This document shows positions 24,100 to 32,823 of a stretch of 64,000 nucleotides of DNA, one piece after another; the first letter of the stretch is position 1, and each line of letters starts with the position of its first letter. The stretch is from a virus. The position numbers and the translations under genes were made by a program. The DNA is taken from positions 12,221-76,220 of the IMG/VR virus record IMGVR_UViG_3300044796_000056. The stretch is one strand, 5' to 3'. The notes below the pieces were generated by a model. It did not search any database. It was given only the letters and a program-made list of their open reading frames with translations, and was not told the DNA's origin.

Positions 24100-24521
24100 A
24101 AGAGAAGAATTGGCAGGCTTGGAAGTATCTCATGGTCAAAGACAATGAGCACGGCCAATCTGGTTTGTATGCGATGATTGATATTCCATACAAGACAGTC
24201 ATAGGCGCATTTGGTGGCAAGATAGAATGCGTCAGTCCTATACCTGAAAGGATCACCAACTCTATCATTCAGATTGCGATCAACCGAGAGCAGGACATAC
24301 TTTTGATCCTGACCGGAGAGAAAGATTTTCGGTGGGAGGGTATCAGCTATATGAACCACTCCTGTGAACCTAACGCCAACATGGTTGCTCAAACTATAAT
24401 CGTTGCCAATCGAGACATCAAACGTGGCGAAGAGATTACGGTAGACTACAACAGTTGGAACTTCATTGGTGAGGGTGTGCCTTGCTGGTGCCCAAAGTGT
24501 GATGGTAAGGTGACCATATGA
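24081..24521 (+). CDS. SET-domain methyltransferase
   Basis: GLYA, YMNHSCEPN, GEEITVDY, post-SET CxCxxC. Confidence 0.88.
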   Translation: MGQDAVKEKNWQAWKYLMVKDNEHGQSGLYAMIDIPYKTVIGAFGGKIECVSPIPERITNSIIQIAINREQDILLILTGEKDFRWEGISYMNHSCEPNANMVAQTIIVANRDIKRGEEITVDYNSWNFIGEGVPCWCPKCDGKVTI

Positions 24522-24892
24522 ACAATCCCATGGGACCTATGGAGTTCGAGGAGTGCCCAAAGTGCACTGGCCGTTCCCATGAAACATTGTGCGACAGCTG
24601 CAAACACAATAAGGAAACGATCAATTCTCTGTGGAAAATGATTCAGCAGCCCGAGGAAGCCTACCTTACTCCGCCACCCATAAAAGGCGACGTGGCGCTT
24701 CCGAACGGCTGCCATCTTTTCTGGCATATGACCGAACAGGGACGTGAGTATTTCTCAGACGAGATAGGCGGTGGTGTCTATGTCTGGCACACAGCGCTGG
24801 TAGATAGTGAAACACTGATAGCTGCAGTGAATCAAGAGAACATATTTCGCCGCCGAGAGTACGAGATAGAACAACGAAAAGCGAAAGGCTAA
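24518..24892 (+). CDS. Hypothetical protein with two CxxC motifs
   Basis: CPKC...CDSC. Confidence 0.6.
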   Translation: MNNPMGPMEFEECPKCTGRSHETLCDSCKHNKETINSLWKMIQQPEEAYLTPPPIKGDVALPNGCHLFWHMTEQGREYFSDEIGGGVYVWHTALVDSETLIAAVNQENIFRRREYEIEQRKAKG

Positions 24893-24901
24893 ATAGAACA
24901 T

Positions 24902-24977
24902 CGATGTGTAGCTCAAACTGGCTAGAGCAGGATCTCTAAAATCCAAGATCAGGGTTCGATGCCCTGCACAACGGCCA
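24902..24977 (+). tRNA. Amber-anticodon tRNA(CTA)
   Basis: CGATGTG/CACAACG, GCTC/GAGC D arm, GGAT-CT CTA AA-ATCC, CAGGG-TTCGATG-CCCTG, GCCA. Confidence 0.8.
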
Positions 24978-24993
24978 AATTCAGGGGAAAAGA

Positions 24994-25455
24994 ATGCTAG
25001 TATCACTTGTCAAAGATCTTCATGACACACGCACATCAGTCACCACGATTGATGAAGTTCATTTGCCAAATACGGCTGTGAACACTGGTCATACCACTCC
25101 ACAGGGCTGGGCTATTTGGAGCATCGTTCCCGAGCACATCGAGCAATGGGGTAAGAAGGTTGCCGCTGAAGTCAAGGCAAAGGTAGAGGTCAAGGCCAAC
25201 ACCGTCGTCACTGAAGTCAAGACTGAAGTGAAGAAAGTCGAAGCAGAGGTTAAGGTTGCTCCAGTAAAGACTGAAGTTGCCAATGTTGCTGCTAAGGTCG
25301 AAACGGTAGCCAACACGGTTGCCACAGAAGTCAAGACTGAAGTGAAGAAGGTTGTTGCTGAAGTCAAGGCCGAAGCCAACACCGTCGTAACAGAAGTCAA
25401 AGCCGAGGCAGCTAAGGTTGTCACCGCAGTTGAGAACTTGGTCAAGAAGATCTAA
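24994..25455 (+). CDS. Low-complexity A/V/E/K repeat protein
   Basis: Repeated ANTVVTEVK units. Confidence 0.75.
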   Translation: MLVSLVKDLHDTRTSVTTIDEVHLPNTAVNTGHTTPQGWAIWSIVPEHIEQWGKKVAAEVKAKVEVKANTVVTEVKTEVKKVEAEVKVAPVKTEVANVAAKVETVANTVATEVKTEVKKVVAEVKAEANTVVTEVKAEAAKVVTAVENLVKKI

Positions 25456-25574
25456 ATGAACGGCACAGAAACAATCATCAGAGTAGAAGTATAATCATGG
25501 CGACCAAGATATAGAAAGTTCCTGACACGTAGAACTTTTGTTATGCACGAGGTCTAAGTTACCTATATAGGAGT

Positions 25575-26126
25575 ATGCCAGCATATTCTTATCTCTTGCA
25601 CCATAAACCTACAAACACATTTTACTACGGTGTTCGCTGGGCTAAAGATTGTCACCCAGATGAATTTTGGAGAACATATTTTACATCAAGTAAAAAGAAC
25701 GTTCCATTACTTCGCACACTATTTGGTGATGATAGTTTCGAGTTTGAGATCCGGAGGGTATTCAAGTCTGGTAAGAAAGCGGCAGACTGGGAACACAAAG
25801 TATTGCGTAGAATGCGCGTATTGGATAAACCCGATCTTTGGTTGAATAGGACAACAAACACATCTTGGTTATATGATATAAATCCATTCAAAGGGAAACA
25901 CCACTCAAACGAAACCAGGCAGCGTATAGCCACCACTCTTGTTCAGAAAAGCATAAGACCGCCCAATACAAGGGGTATGACTCCTTGGAATAAGGGCATC
26001 CCACATTCAGAAGAACAAAAGAAGAAAATGAGTGGAAAGAAGTGGATCAACAACGGTACTCTTGAGCGTAAAATACATAATGAAGAAAAGATACCGACCG
26101 GTTGGAAAAAAGGCAGAATGTTGTAG
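25575..26126 (+). CDS. Putative homing endonuclease (GIY-YIG-like, NUMOD3)
   Basis: YSYLL...YYGVR, YFTSSK, KGKHHSNET, PWNKG. Confidence 0.75.
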   Translation: MPAYSYLLHHKPTNTFYYGVRWAKDCHPDEFWRTYFTSSKKNVPLLRTLFGDDSFEFEIRRVFKSGKKAADWEHKVLRRMRVLDKPDLWLNRTTNTSWLYDINPFKGKHHSNETRQRIATTLVQKSIRPPNTRGMTPWNKGIPHSEEQKKKMSGKKWINNGTLERKIHNEEKIPTGWKKGRML

Positions 26127-26201
26127 AATTACATCAGAGGACCTCCCTCGTTGTAATTGACTCTTACGAAAGATTCAGTTATAATAGATGGAGACTCAAA
26201 A

Positions 26202-26906
26202 ATGATGAATTTCAAAGCAGCATTCAAAGCGTGTGCCGACGCCAAGGATATTTCCAGCGTTGACATCGTACAATACGCTATCCTTCGCGCCATGAAAGCG
26301 AAGACGGCTCAGACTATTGAGGACCGTATCAAGATAGCATCAACCTTTATCCGCCGGCACTTTCGTTCTGTGAAGAATAGAAAGATGCTCGATAATGGGG
26401 TTGATCCAGAAAGAGCGGTTAGGAGAGCGACCGAAATTACTAAGAGTGCTAAGGTCATCTGTGGCATTCTAGAAAAGAGTATGTTTACTGATGAACGTGA
26501 GCGCATCCTCTACAAAAACATCGCGGTGGCTTTATATGAGCAGTACAAGATCCCTGCGGATCTTTACACCAGACATTACGTCTACATCTTCGTGCGTCAA
26601 GATATGACGCCGGAGTATCAGCTAGTCCAGGCTAGCCATGCGGCGGCTCGCATGGGACAACGTCTAGGATCCAATGGCATTGACCAGGGCAAGTTTGATG
26701 AGTTGTATTTCAGTGTGATTGGTGTCCCTGATCTTCATGGTCTTGCCAAAGCATTGGAAGACTTCAAGCAGCGCGGTATCAAGACCTATCCGTTCATTGA
26801 GCCAGACATCGGAAACGTGATGACAGCATTCGCTTCCGACCCGGTTTGGTCACATGATCGTAAGGGATTGCTATCTTACAAGAGATTGGTCTTCAAGAAG
26901 GACTAA
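26202..26906 (+). CDS. Protein with C-terminal Pth2-like peptidyl-tRNA hydrolase domain
   Basis: YIFVRQDM....QLVQASHAA...F.EPD....TA....P. Confidence 0.72.
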   Translation: MMNFKAAFKACADAKDISSVDIVQYAILRAMKAKTAQTIEDRIKIASTFIRRHFRSVKNRKMLDNGVDPERAVRRATEITKSAKVICGILEKSMFTDERERILYKNIAVALYEQYKIPADLYTRHYVYIFVRQDMTPEYQLVQASHAAARMGQRLGSNGIDQGKFDELYFSVIGVPDLHGLAKALEDFKQRGIKTYPFIEPDIGNVMTAFASDPVWSHDRKGLLSYKRLVFKKD

Positions 26907-26910
26907 ATAG

Positions 26911-27193
26911 GTTTGAATGATTGTAAACGCCTGACTAAAGGCATGTTGGACTGGGGTTCGATTCCCCACGGTTCCACCAAATTTCAGGACCATGCTAGAG
27001 GGTCCATTATGGGGCCGATCGGTTTCGACAGCGTGAGTAATACACCAAGTGCAATCCGGTATGCTACGACCGTAACAGTGCAAAACCATAAATGCATCTA
27101 ACGATGACATCTATGACACCGTAGAGTTGGCTCTAGCAGCCTAACCCTCGGGTCTGAGTTTCGGCCGCTTCCTTGTAAACAGAATAAGCGGCC
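26911..27193 (+). ncRNA. ssrA: Circularly permuted two-piece tmRNA
   Basis: Acceptor piece ending TGGGG-TTCGATT-CCCCA-CGGTTCC-ACCA (26979), intervening hairpin, coding piece from GGGGCCG (27011), pk1, tag ASNDDIYDTVELALAA* at 27094-27144. Confidence 0.93.
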
Positions 27194-27282
27194 ACTCTTT
27201 AACTTAATCAGGCCAGTTTTACTCTTACAGTTTCCAGGCGTATAATAGATAATGTGAACTCCCTTAAACAAGGAAATACATT

Positions 27283-27948
27283 ATGAAAACCGCGCAGTGG
27301 TTATACCGGCTGTCGATGGTTATTATGGTTGGAGTGTTGATCTACGCATTGTATCAGACTTATTTGACTGTGAAGTGGTGGCACAATTTCCACCAGCAAC
27401 ATCAACAGATGGAACAAACCATCACTGATCAATCGGGTAAGATCACAGAACTGGAACGGAAAGAAAAGTTCTACGAAGATATAGTCGTGACTCAACAGAA
27501 TGAGATCGCGGCGAAAGCAGCCGCCAAGAAAGCCAAGGCCGACTTTGTGGCTTCTGAATTGAGATGTCTTGCGGATAATACGTATGCAGAGGCCGGGTTT
27601 GAACCGGCTGATGGCCAGTTGGCTGTAGCAACGGTGGTGATGAACCGGGTGGTTGATCCTCAGTATCCAAAGACAGTTTGTGGTGTTGTTTACGAGCGGC
27701 ACTTGAATAAAATGAACAACAAGATCGTTTGTCAGTTCAGTTGGACGTGTAAGCCTCGCCATCGTATGGCCACGGCAGTTTACAAGTCCATTATGGAGAT
27801 GGTGAAGGGTGTTTATTTCAAACATGTACGCAGTGACGAAGTTGCCGACGCAACCCTCTACCACGCCGACTATATCCAGACTCCTAACTGGGCAACCGAT
27901 GAAACCAAGCTGGCTCAGATCGGTCATCACATTTTCTATTCCCACTGA
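27283..27948 (+). CDS. Cell wall hydrolase (SleB/Hydrolase_2)
   Basis: CLA.N.Y.EA..E...GQ.AVA.V..NRV, CQFSW, IG.HIFY; N-terminal TM. Confidence 0.93.
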   Translation: MKTAQWLYRLSMVIMVGVLIYALYQTYLTVKWWHNFHQQHQQMEQTITDQSGKITELERKEKFYEDIVVTQQNEIAAKAAAKKAKADFVASELRCLADNTYAEAGFEPADGQLAVATVVMNRVVDPQYPKTVCGVVYERHLNKMNNKIVCQFSWTCKPRHRMATAVYKSIMEMVKGVYFKHVRSDEVADATLYHADYIQTPNWATDETKLAQIGHHIFYSH

Positions 27949-27956
27949 GGTCTATT

Positions 27957-28271
27957 ATGTTTGATATGAGTCCTCCTTTGAATGACGTGGAGCGCATGAC
28001 TCCCGTAAGCACCGAACCTCTTAAGTTTCCACGTTGGGAAGTTCCCTCCTGGAACGAGTCACCCGACTCTGATCGCACCGACGAAGAATACTTCGATGCT
28101 GATGGCCGTATGGTGGGCGGAGTCCGCCCTTTCGGCAACAAGTGGTCTGCCTGGCGATTCAATAACACTAGTGTGACCGATAACACATCACACGTTGTGG
28201 GTGTTGATCTAGGTATCTATTATACCAAAGAACAGGCCAAGGCATCTGTGGTAGCTTTCTCTCTGAAATGA
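27957..28271 (+). CDS. Hypothetical protein
   Basis: GAGG SD. Confidence 0.6.
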   Translation: MFDMSPPLNDVERMTPVSTEPLKFPRWEVPSWNESPDSDRTDEEYFDADGRMVGGVRPFGNKWSAWRFNNTSVTDNTSHVVGVDLGIYYTKEQAKASVVAFSLK

Positions 28272-28534
28272 AATCGATCATCCACGTCAATGCCCAGCTG
28301 ATCAAGCGCAATATTAAGAACAAGACCACTCATCCGGTGGTCCGCGTTCAGCAGGGTTCCAAACAACGTTACTGCTCGGAAGCCATCATAGATGGTCCTA
28401 GCAGGATCGTATACAGTCCAGAGCGACCGCTAAGTTGTGGCGCCAGGCTTTGGATTGAGACAGAGGCAGACGTCACTCTCGTTGACGAGACAACCTACGC
28501 AAAGATGCGGGAGATCATGAATGATAAGAATTGA
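28268..28534 (+). CDS. Conserved phage hypothetical protein
   Basis: IHVN...I.GPS..VYSP..PL.CGARLWIET. Confidence 0.7.
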   Translation: MKSIIHVNAQLIKRNIKNKTTHPVVRVQQGSKQRYCSEAIIDGPSRIVYSPERPLSCGARLWIETEADVTLVDETTYAKMREIMNDKN

Positions 28535-29657
28535 TCCGGCTCCTAAGCTCGATTATTCCCAGGTGATGTTGGTTCCCCGTTATAGCCAAGATGGGCCCTC
28601 ATCCCGCAATAGTGTATACCTAAAAAACAAGGATTACATCATCCCTGTAATCGCCGCCAACATGGATGGTGTCGGTACATTTGAGATGGCCCGCGAACTT
28701 TGTCGCTGGGACTTGATGACGGCACTCCAGAAGCACTACACGTTAGAAGAACTGTTAGAGTTCTATCTTCATACTCTTGAAGAAGGCTATACCAAGAACG
28801 TGGTCTATTCCATGGGGATCAATCAACCTGATTTGATCAAATGGAAAAACTTCTATGAAGAGTTAACGGCTCGCGGTCACGTTATTCCTACGGTCTGTGT
28901 TGATGTGGCTAATGGCTATACAGAAGCAACGGCGGATGCCATACGCTGGATCAAGTCTTCATTCAACACAACCATCATGGCTGGTAATGTGGTCACCAGA
29001 GAGGGAGTCTTCCGTCTCGCCGAGGCCGGTGCCAACATAATCAAGATTGGTGTGGGTCCGGGCTCTGTTTGTACGACCCGTAAGCTGACAGGTACAGGTT
29101 ATCCTCAATTTAGCGCAGTACTGGAATGCGTCCAGGCAGCCAAGGCATGGGTAGAGAAGTTCCCATTCCCTATTACACATGGACCTCGTGTGATGCAACC
29201 TCCCAAGATTGTAGCAGACGGTGGTATTACATGTCCTGGTGATGTGGCCAAAGCCTTTGCGGCCGGTGCCGATTACGTCATGATCGGCGGTATGTTCGCT
29301 GGTCATGATGAGGGTGGTGGCACGCCATGTGATGCCCTAGGCAATGAGAAATACATTCAAGGTGCTACCGGTACGATTTTCAACTATGCGCCAATGTCTC
29401 ATCGTAAGTTTTATGGTATGGCCAGCAAGTGTGCTCAAGATAAACACAATGGCGGTGTGGCTGAGTATCGAGCCAGTGAAGGTAAAGAGGTCGTGGTGCC
29501 CTATAGGGGCAAGGTCTCCAACACTGTAAAGGAATTGCTGGGCGGTCTACGGAGCGCCTGTGCCTATCAGGGATGCCAGCATCTAGAGGACATAAGTAGT
29601 GATGTCCAATTCATCCAGGTAGCCAACCAGACAAATAATATCTTTGGGGCATCATAA
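28521..29657 (+). CDS. guaC: GMP reductase
   Basis: [40 protein letters not shown]. Confidence 0.93.
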   Translation: MIRIDPAPKLDYSQVMLVPRYSQDGPSSRNSVYLKNKDYIIPVIAANMDGVGTFEMARELCRWDLMTALQKHYTLEELLEFYLHTLEEGYTKNVVYSMGINQPDLIKWKNFYEELTARGHVIPTVCVDVANGYTEATADAIRWIKSSFNTTIMAGNVVTREGVFRLAEAGANIIKIGVGPGSVCTTRKLTGTGYPQFSAVLECVQAAKAWVEKFPFPITHGPRVMQPPKIVADGGITCPGDVAKAFAAGADYVMIGGMFAGHDEGGGTPCDALGNEKYIQGATGTIFNYAPMSHRKFYGMASKCAQDKHNGGVAEYRASEGKEVVVPYRGKVSNTVKELLGGLRSACAYQGCQHLEDISSDVQFIQVANQTNNIFGAS

Positions 29658-29890
29658 TGGCCGAGCAAAAGTTTCCTTATCGCATTATCATCTACTTGGT
29701 TGGCACGGATGAGCGCCGAGTGTACGGTCCTCCTATGGATTACTCCGAGGCCCAGTTCAAAGATCTTCAGTTGAAGATCGCCAAGACCCACAAGGATCCT
29801 AACAGCACGTTCGAGACCGTGGATCTTGACGGCAACGCGGTCTTTGTTCCATCACGAAACATTCAATACATAGTATTAGAGAAGGGCTAA
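29657..29890 (+). CDS. Hypothetical protein
   Basis: Coupled ORF. Confidence 0.65.
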   Translation: MAEQKFPYRIIIYLVGTDERRVYGPPMDYSEAQFKDLQLKIAKTHKDPNSTFETVDLDGNAVFVPSRNIQYIVLEKG

Positions 29891-30111
29891 TGCCAACTTT
29901 AGCAGAAAAAGAAGCTTTCAGTCTCCTAATTCAGGAGAATGCTCAGAAGCAAGGAATAGAGCATATGGAGGCGATCATAGACTATTGCGAAAAGACTGGT
30001 TTAGAAGTAGAAGTGGCCGCGACCTTGCTTTCAGCAACTCTTAGGAGTATAATTGAAATAGAGGCGCGCAAAAAGCGTTACCTACAGAAGAGCAGCCAGT
30101 TACCGGTATGA
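29890..30111 (+). CDS. gp33: Late transcription coactivator gp33
   Basis: FS..I....I..MEAIIDYCE...IE.EA....L; synteny with gp59/gp32. Confidence 0.85.
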   Translation: MPTLAEKEAFSLLIQENAQKQGIEHMEAIIDYCEKTGLEVEVAATLLSATLRSIIEIEARKKRYLQKSSQLPV

Positions 30112-30719
30112 GCCAGCACAACATTGACCCGTTCAAGATCTTTCAGATTTACCACGCGGTCTTGTTGCACTACACAACCGACTACGACTATCAACTGTAC
30201 CATGGCCAGACTTCCTACAAAGAAGCAACCTTTGAACGCCGCAAAGACAAGTATGCCTACCACAAGATGGTGCGCATGTTCGATGACGGGTACAGCGCCA
30301 AGGATATTGAATACTACTTTGCTTGGATGTTCTTTAGGACAGACAAGTGGGTAACGACACGAGAGATAAGTAACAACACGCTGCTCAGTTATGAGCTAGA
30401 GTGGAAGAACTACAGTGTGGGTGGCCGGTTGACTTGCTTCAACATGGACATCAAACACATTCAGGAAGCCGGAGGGTTTGATCCACAGACAGTTTTCAAT
30501 CTTTGTTATCAGGGTGATGTACATTGGGCATCAATGCTCATCCTGGATAAGCTAAGAGGCGCTTTCGCCGTCATGGATAAGAAGCTGCAAGGTCAACTCC
30601 TTTGGGATGACAAATACAAGAAGCTGAAGAAATTCAGACCGTTTTACAATAGCATAGAACCGATACACGAAATTGATTTTAGACATCACATACCGGAGAA
30701 CTTGATATGTCAAGAGTGA
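30108..30719 (+). CDS. gp59: Helicase loader gp59
   Basis: Y.A..LH....YDY..Y.G, F..RKDK; synteny. Confidence 0.8.
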   Translation: MSQHNIDPFKIFQIYHAVLLHYTTDYDYQLYHGQTSYKEATFERRKDKYAYHKMVRMFDDGYSAKDIEYYFAWMFFRTDKWVTTREISNNTLLSYELEWKNYSVGGRLTCFNMDIKHIQEAGGFDPQTVFNLCYQGDVHWASMLILDKLRGAFAVMDKKLQGQLLWDDKYKKLKKFRPFYNSIEPIHEIDFRHHIPENLICQE

Positions 30720-31642
30720 ATAATAAGGTTGACGACGATGAGCCAAGCGATCGCGTTGGTGAAGTCAATGAGTTCTATAAAGGGACTCAAATGTGGGCAG
30801 TCAGCAACGGTGACTCCTACTTCCCTTGCGCGACCACGGAGCCAAAGCTTCCACCTGGTCAATACGTCATCAACTTCAGCGACCAGAAGGGTATCTTCTT
30901 CGTAAAGAAAGACATCAATCTGGACAAGCTGTTGGTACTTCCCGACTCAAAGGCCGAGCGGGTTCTAGAGTCCATCAATCACTTTTGGGCATGTGAGCCC
31001 AAGTTCCGCGAGCATGGCTTCCTTTGGAAGCGTGGCATTATGCTTTGGGGTCCTCCTGGCTCTGGCAAGACCGTCCTGTGTCAGCAGCTTTCCAAGCAGA
31101 TCGTCGACAAGGGTGGCATCAGTGTCTACTTGAACGATCCAGGCTTCACGGCCGAGGGTCTGCGGGTTCTCCGCATGATCGAGAAGACCCGTCCCATCGT
31201 TGTTATGATAGAGGACATTGACGCTATCGTTGACAAGAAGGGTGAGAGCGCGATGCTGGCCCTGTTGGACGGCGAACTACAGATCGACAACGTCGTATTC
31301 GTAGCCACGACCAACTATCCAGAGCGCCTGGACAAGCGTCTAGTCAATCGGCCCAGCCGGTTTGACGAGATCATCAAGATTGGAATGCCTTCTGCGGCCG
31401 CACGTGAGCAGTACATCAAGTACAAGGTTCCTCGTTTGGCGAAGGACGAGCATGCCGAGGAACTTGCGAAGTGGATTGCTGGCTCAGACAACATGAGCAT
31501 TGCGCACATCCGCGAGATCATCATCTCCATCGAGTGCTTGGGTAACAGCGTCGACCAGACTCTGGCTCGCATTCGTAAGATGAATCAGACGAAGCCTTCT
31601 TCTACTCAGGAATCTGACAAGAGTTTCGGCTTCGGCGAGTAA
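30707..31642 (+). CDS. AAA+ ATPase
   Basis: GPPGSGKT, IEDID, ATTNYPERLD, RPSRFD. Confidence 0.92.
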   Translation: MSRVNNKVDDDEPSDRVGEVNEFYKGTQMWAVSNGDSYFPCATTEPKLPPGQYVINFSDQKGIFFVKKDINLDKLLVLPDSKAERVLESINHFWACEPKFREHGFLWKRGIMLWGPPGSGKTVLCQQLSKQIVDKGGISVYLNDPGFTAEGLRVLRMIEKTRPIVVMIEDIDAIVDKKGESAMLALLDGELQIDNVVFVATTNYPERLDKRLVNRPSRFDEIIKIGMPSAAAREQYIKYKVPRLAKDEHAEELAKWIAGSDNMSIAHIREIIISIECLGNSVDQTLARIRKMNQTKPSSTQESDKSFGFGE

Positions 31643-31750
31643 ATAAAGTTGAGAATTTAGGTCGGTTCGGTGGCGGACCGACCTAAATAACCCTATATTA
31701 TGAAGACTGTGAAACCACAATAAAACTGATACAACATAAAGGATAATAGC

Positions 31751-32770
31751 ATGTCTAGTCTAGCAAATCTTAAGAAGAATTCAAGCCTGTCCAAGTTGAC
31801 AAAGGCTCTGAAAGATACCCAACAGGGTTCCAACCGTTCCGATGACCGATACTGGCAACCAGAAGTGGATAAGGCCGGCAACGGTTTTGCCATCATTCGT
31901 TTCCTTGACGCTCCTGCCGTAGATGGTGAGGATGGTCTGCCTTGGGTGACTCTGTTCACACATGGCTTCCAAGGTCCAGGCGGATGGTATATCGAAAACT
32001 CCCGCACGACCCTTGGCCGTGACTTCCAGGATCCAGTAAGCGACTTCAATAGCAAGTTGTGGGATTCAGGCGTCGAAGCCAACAAGGAAATTGCCCGTAA
32101 GCAAAAGCGTCGCTTGAGCTACATCAGCAACATCCTTGTGATCAAGGATCCAGTACACCCTGAGAATGAAGGCAAAGTGTTCCTATATTCTTACGGCAAG
32201 AAGATCTTCGACAAGATCAGGATGCAGATCAACCCAACCGACGAAGAGATCGCCGGTGCGGCATTGGAAGGCAACAAGCTTGAGCCAGTGAACGTGATCA
32301 GCTTCTGGGAAGGTAAGAACTTCCGCTTGAAGATCCGCAAGGTCGAAGGCTACCGCAATTATGACACGTCTCACTTTGAGGACGCGGTCACAGCGGTTGC
32401 TGATACCGACAAGGAGATCGAAGCGATCTGGAAGAAAGAATACAGCCTGAAGGACTTGGTCGCTGCCGATAAGTTCAAGACGTACGAAGAGCTTGAGGCT
32501 CGTCTGAACAAGGTCCTGGGATTGGACGGCGCTCCTCCTGCTCCAAAGAGCACAGTGAAGAGCAAGCCAGTCACCACGGATGAGGACAACACTCCTCCAT
32601 GGGACGACGCGAAGCCAGCCGCACAGGCTCCAACTGCCAAGGTCCAGGAGAAGGAAGTTGCCAAGACTCCAGTGAAGAAGCAAGCTGCTCCTGCGAAGGA
32701 ACCAGTAGCTGCCGGTGATGACGACGATAGCATGTTGAACATGTTCCGTGGTCTAGCTGATCAGGAGTAA
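31751..32770 (+). CDS. gp32: Single-stranded DNA-binding protein gp32
   Basis: DKAGNG.AIIRFL, HGFQGPGGWYIEN, YRNYD, acidic tail. Confidence 0.97.
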   Translation: MSSLANLKKNSSLSKLTKALKDTQQGSNRSDDRYWQPEVDKAGNGFAIIRFLDAPAVDGEDGLPWVTLFTHGFQGPGGWYIENSRTTLGRDFQDPVSDFNSKLWDSGVEANKEIARKQKRRLSYISNILVIKDPVHPENEGKVFLYSYGKKIFDKIRMQINPTDEEIAGAALEGNKLEPVNVISFWEGKNFRLKIRKVEGYRNYDTSHFEDAVTAVADTDKEIEAIWKKEYSLKDLVAADKFKTYEELEARLNKVLGLDGAPPAPKSTVKSKPVTTDEDNTPPWDDAKPAAQAPTAKVQEKEVAKTPVKKQAAPAKEPVAAGDDDDSMLNMFRGLADQE

Positions 32771-32796
32771 TCCAAAGACAATCTTCGGATGGGATC

Positions 32797-32823
32797 AGGG
32801 ACTCGAAAGAGTCCCTTTTCTTT
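32797..32823 (+). terminator. Rho-independent terminator
   Basis: AGGGACTC-GAAA-GAGTCCCT followed by T run. Confidence 0.9.

Noticed and set aside
24902-24977. Pyrrolysine tRNA or full TAG recoding
   Set aside because: Canonical D and T loops unlike tRNA-Pyl, no pyl genes, and conserved genes have no in-frame TAG.
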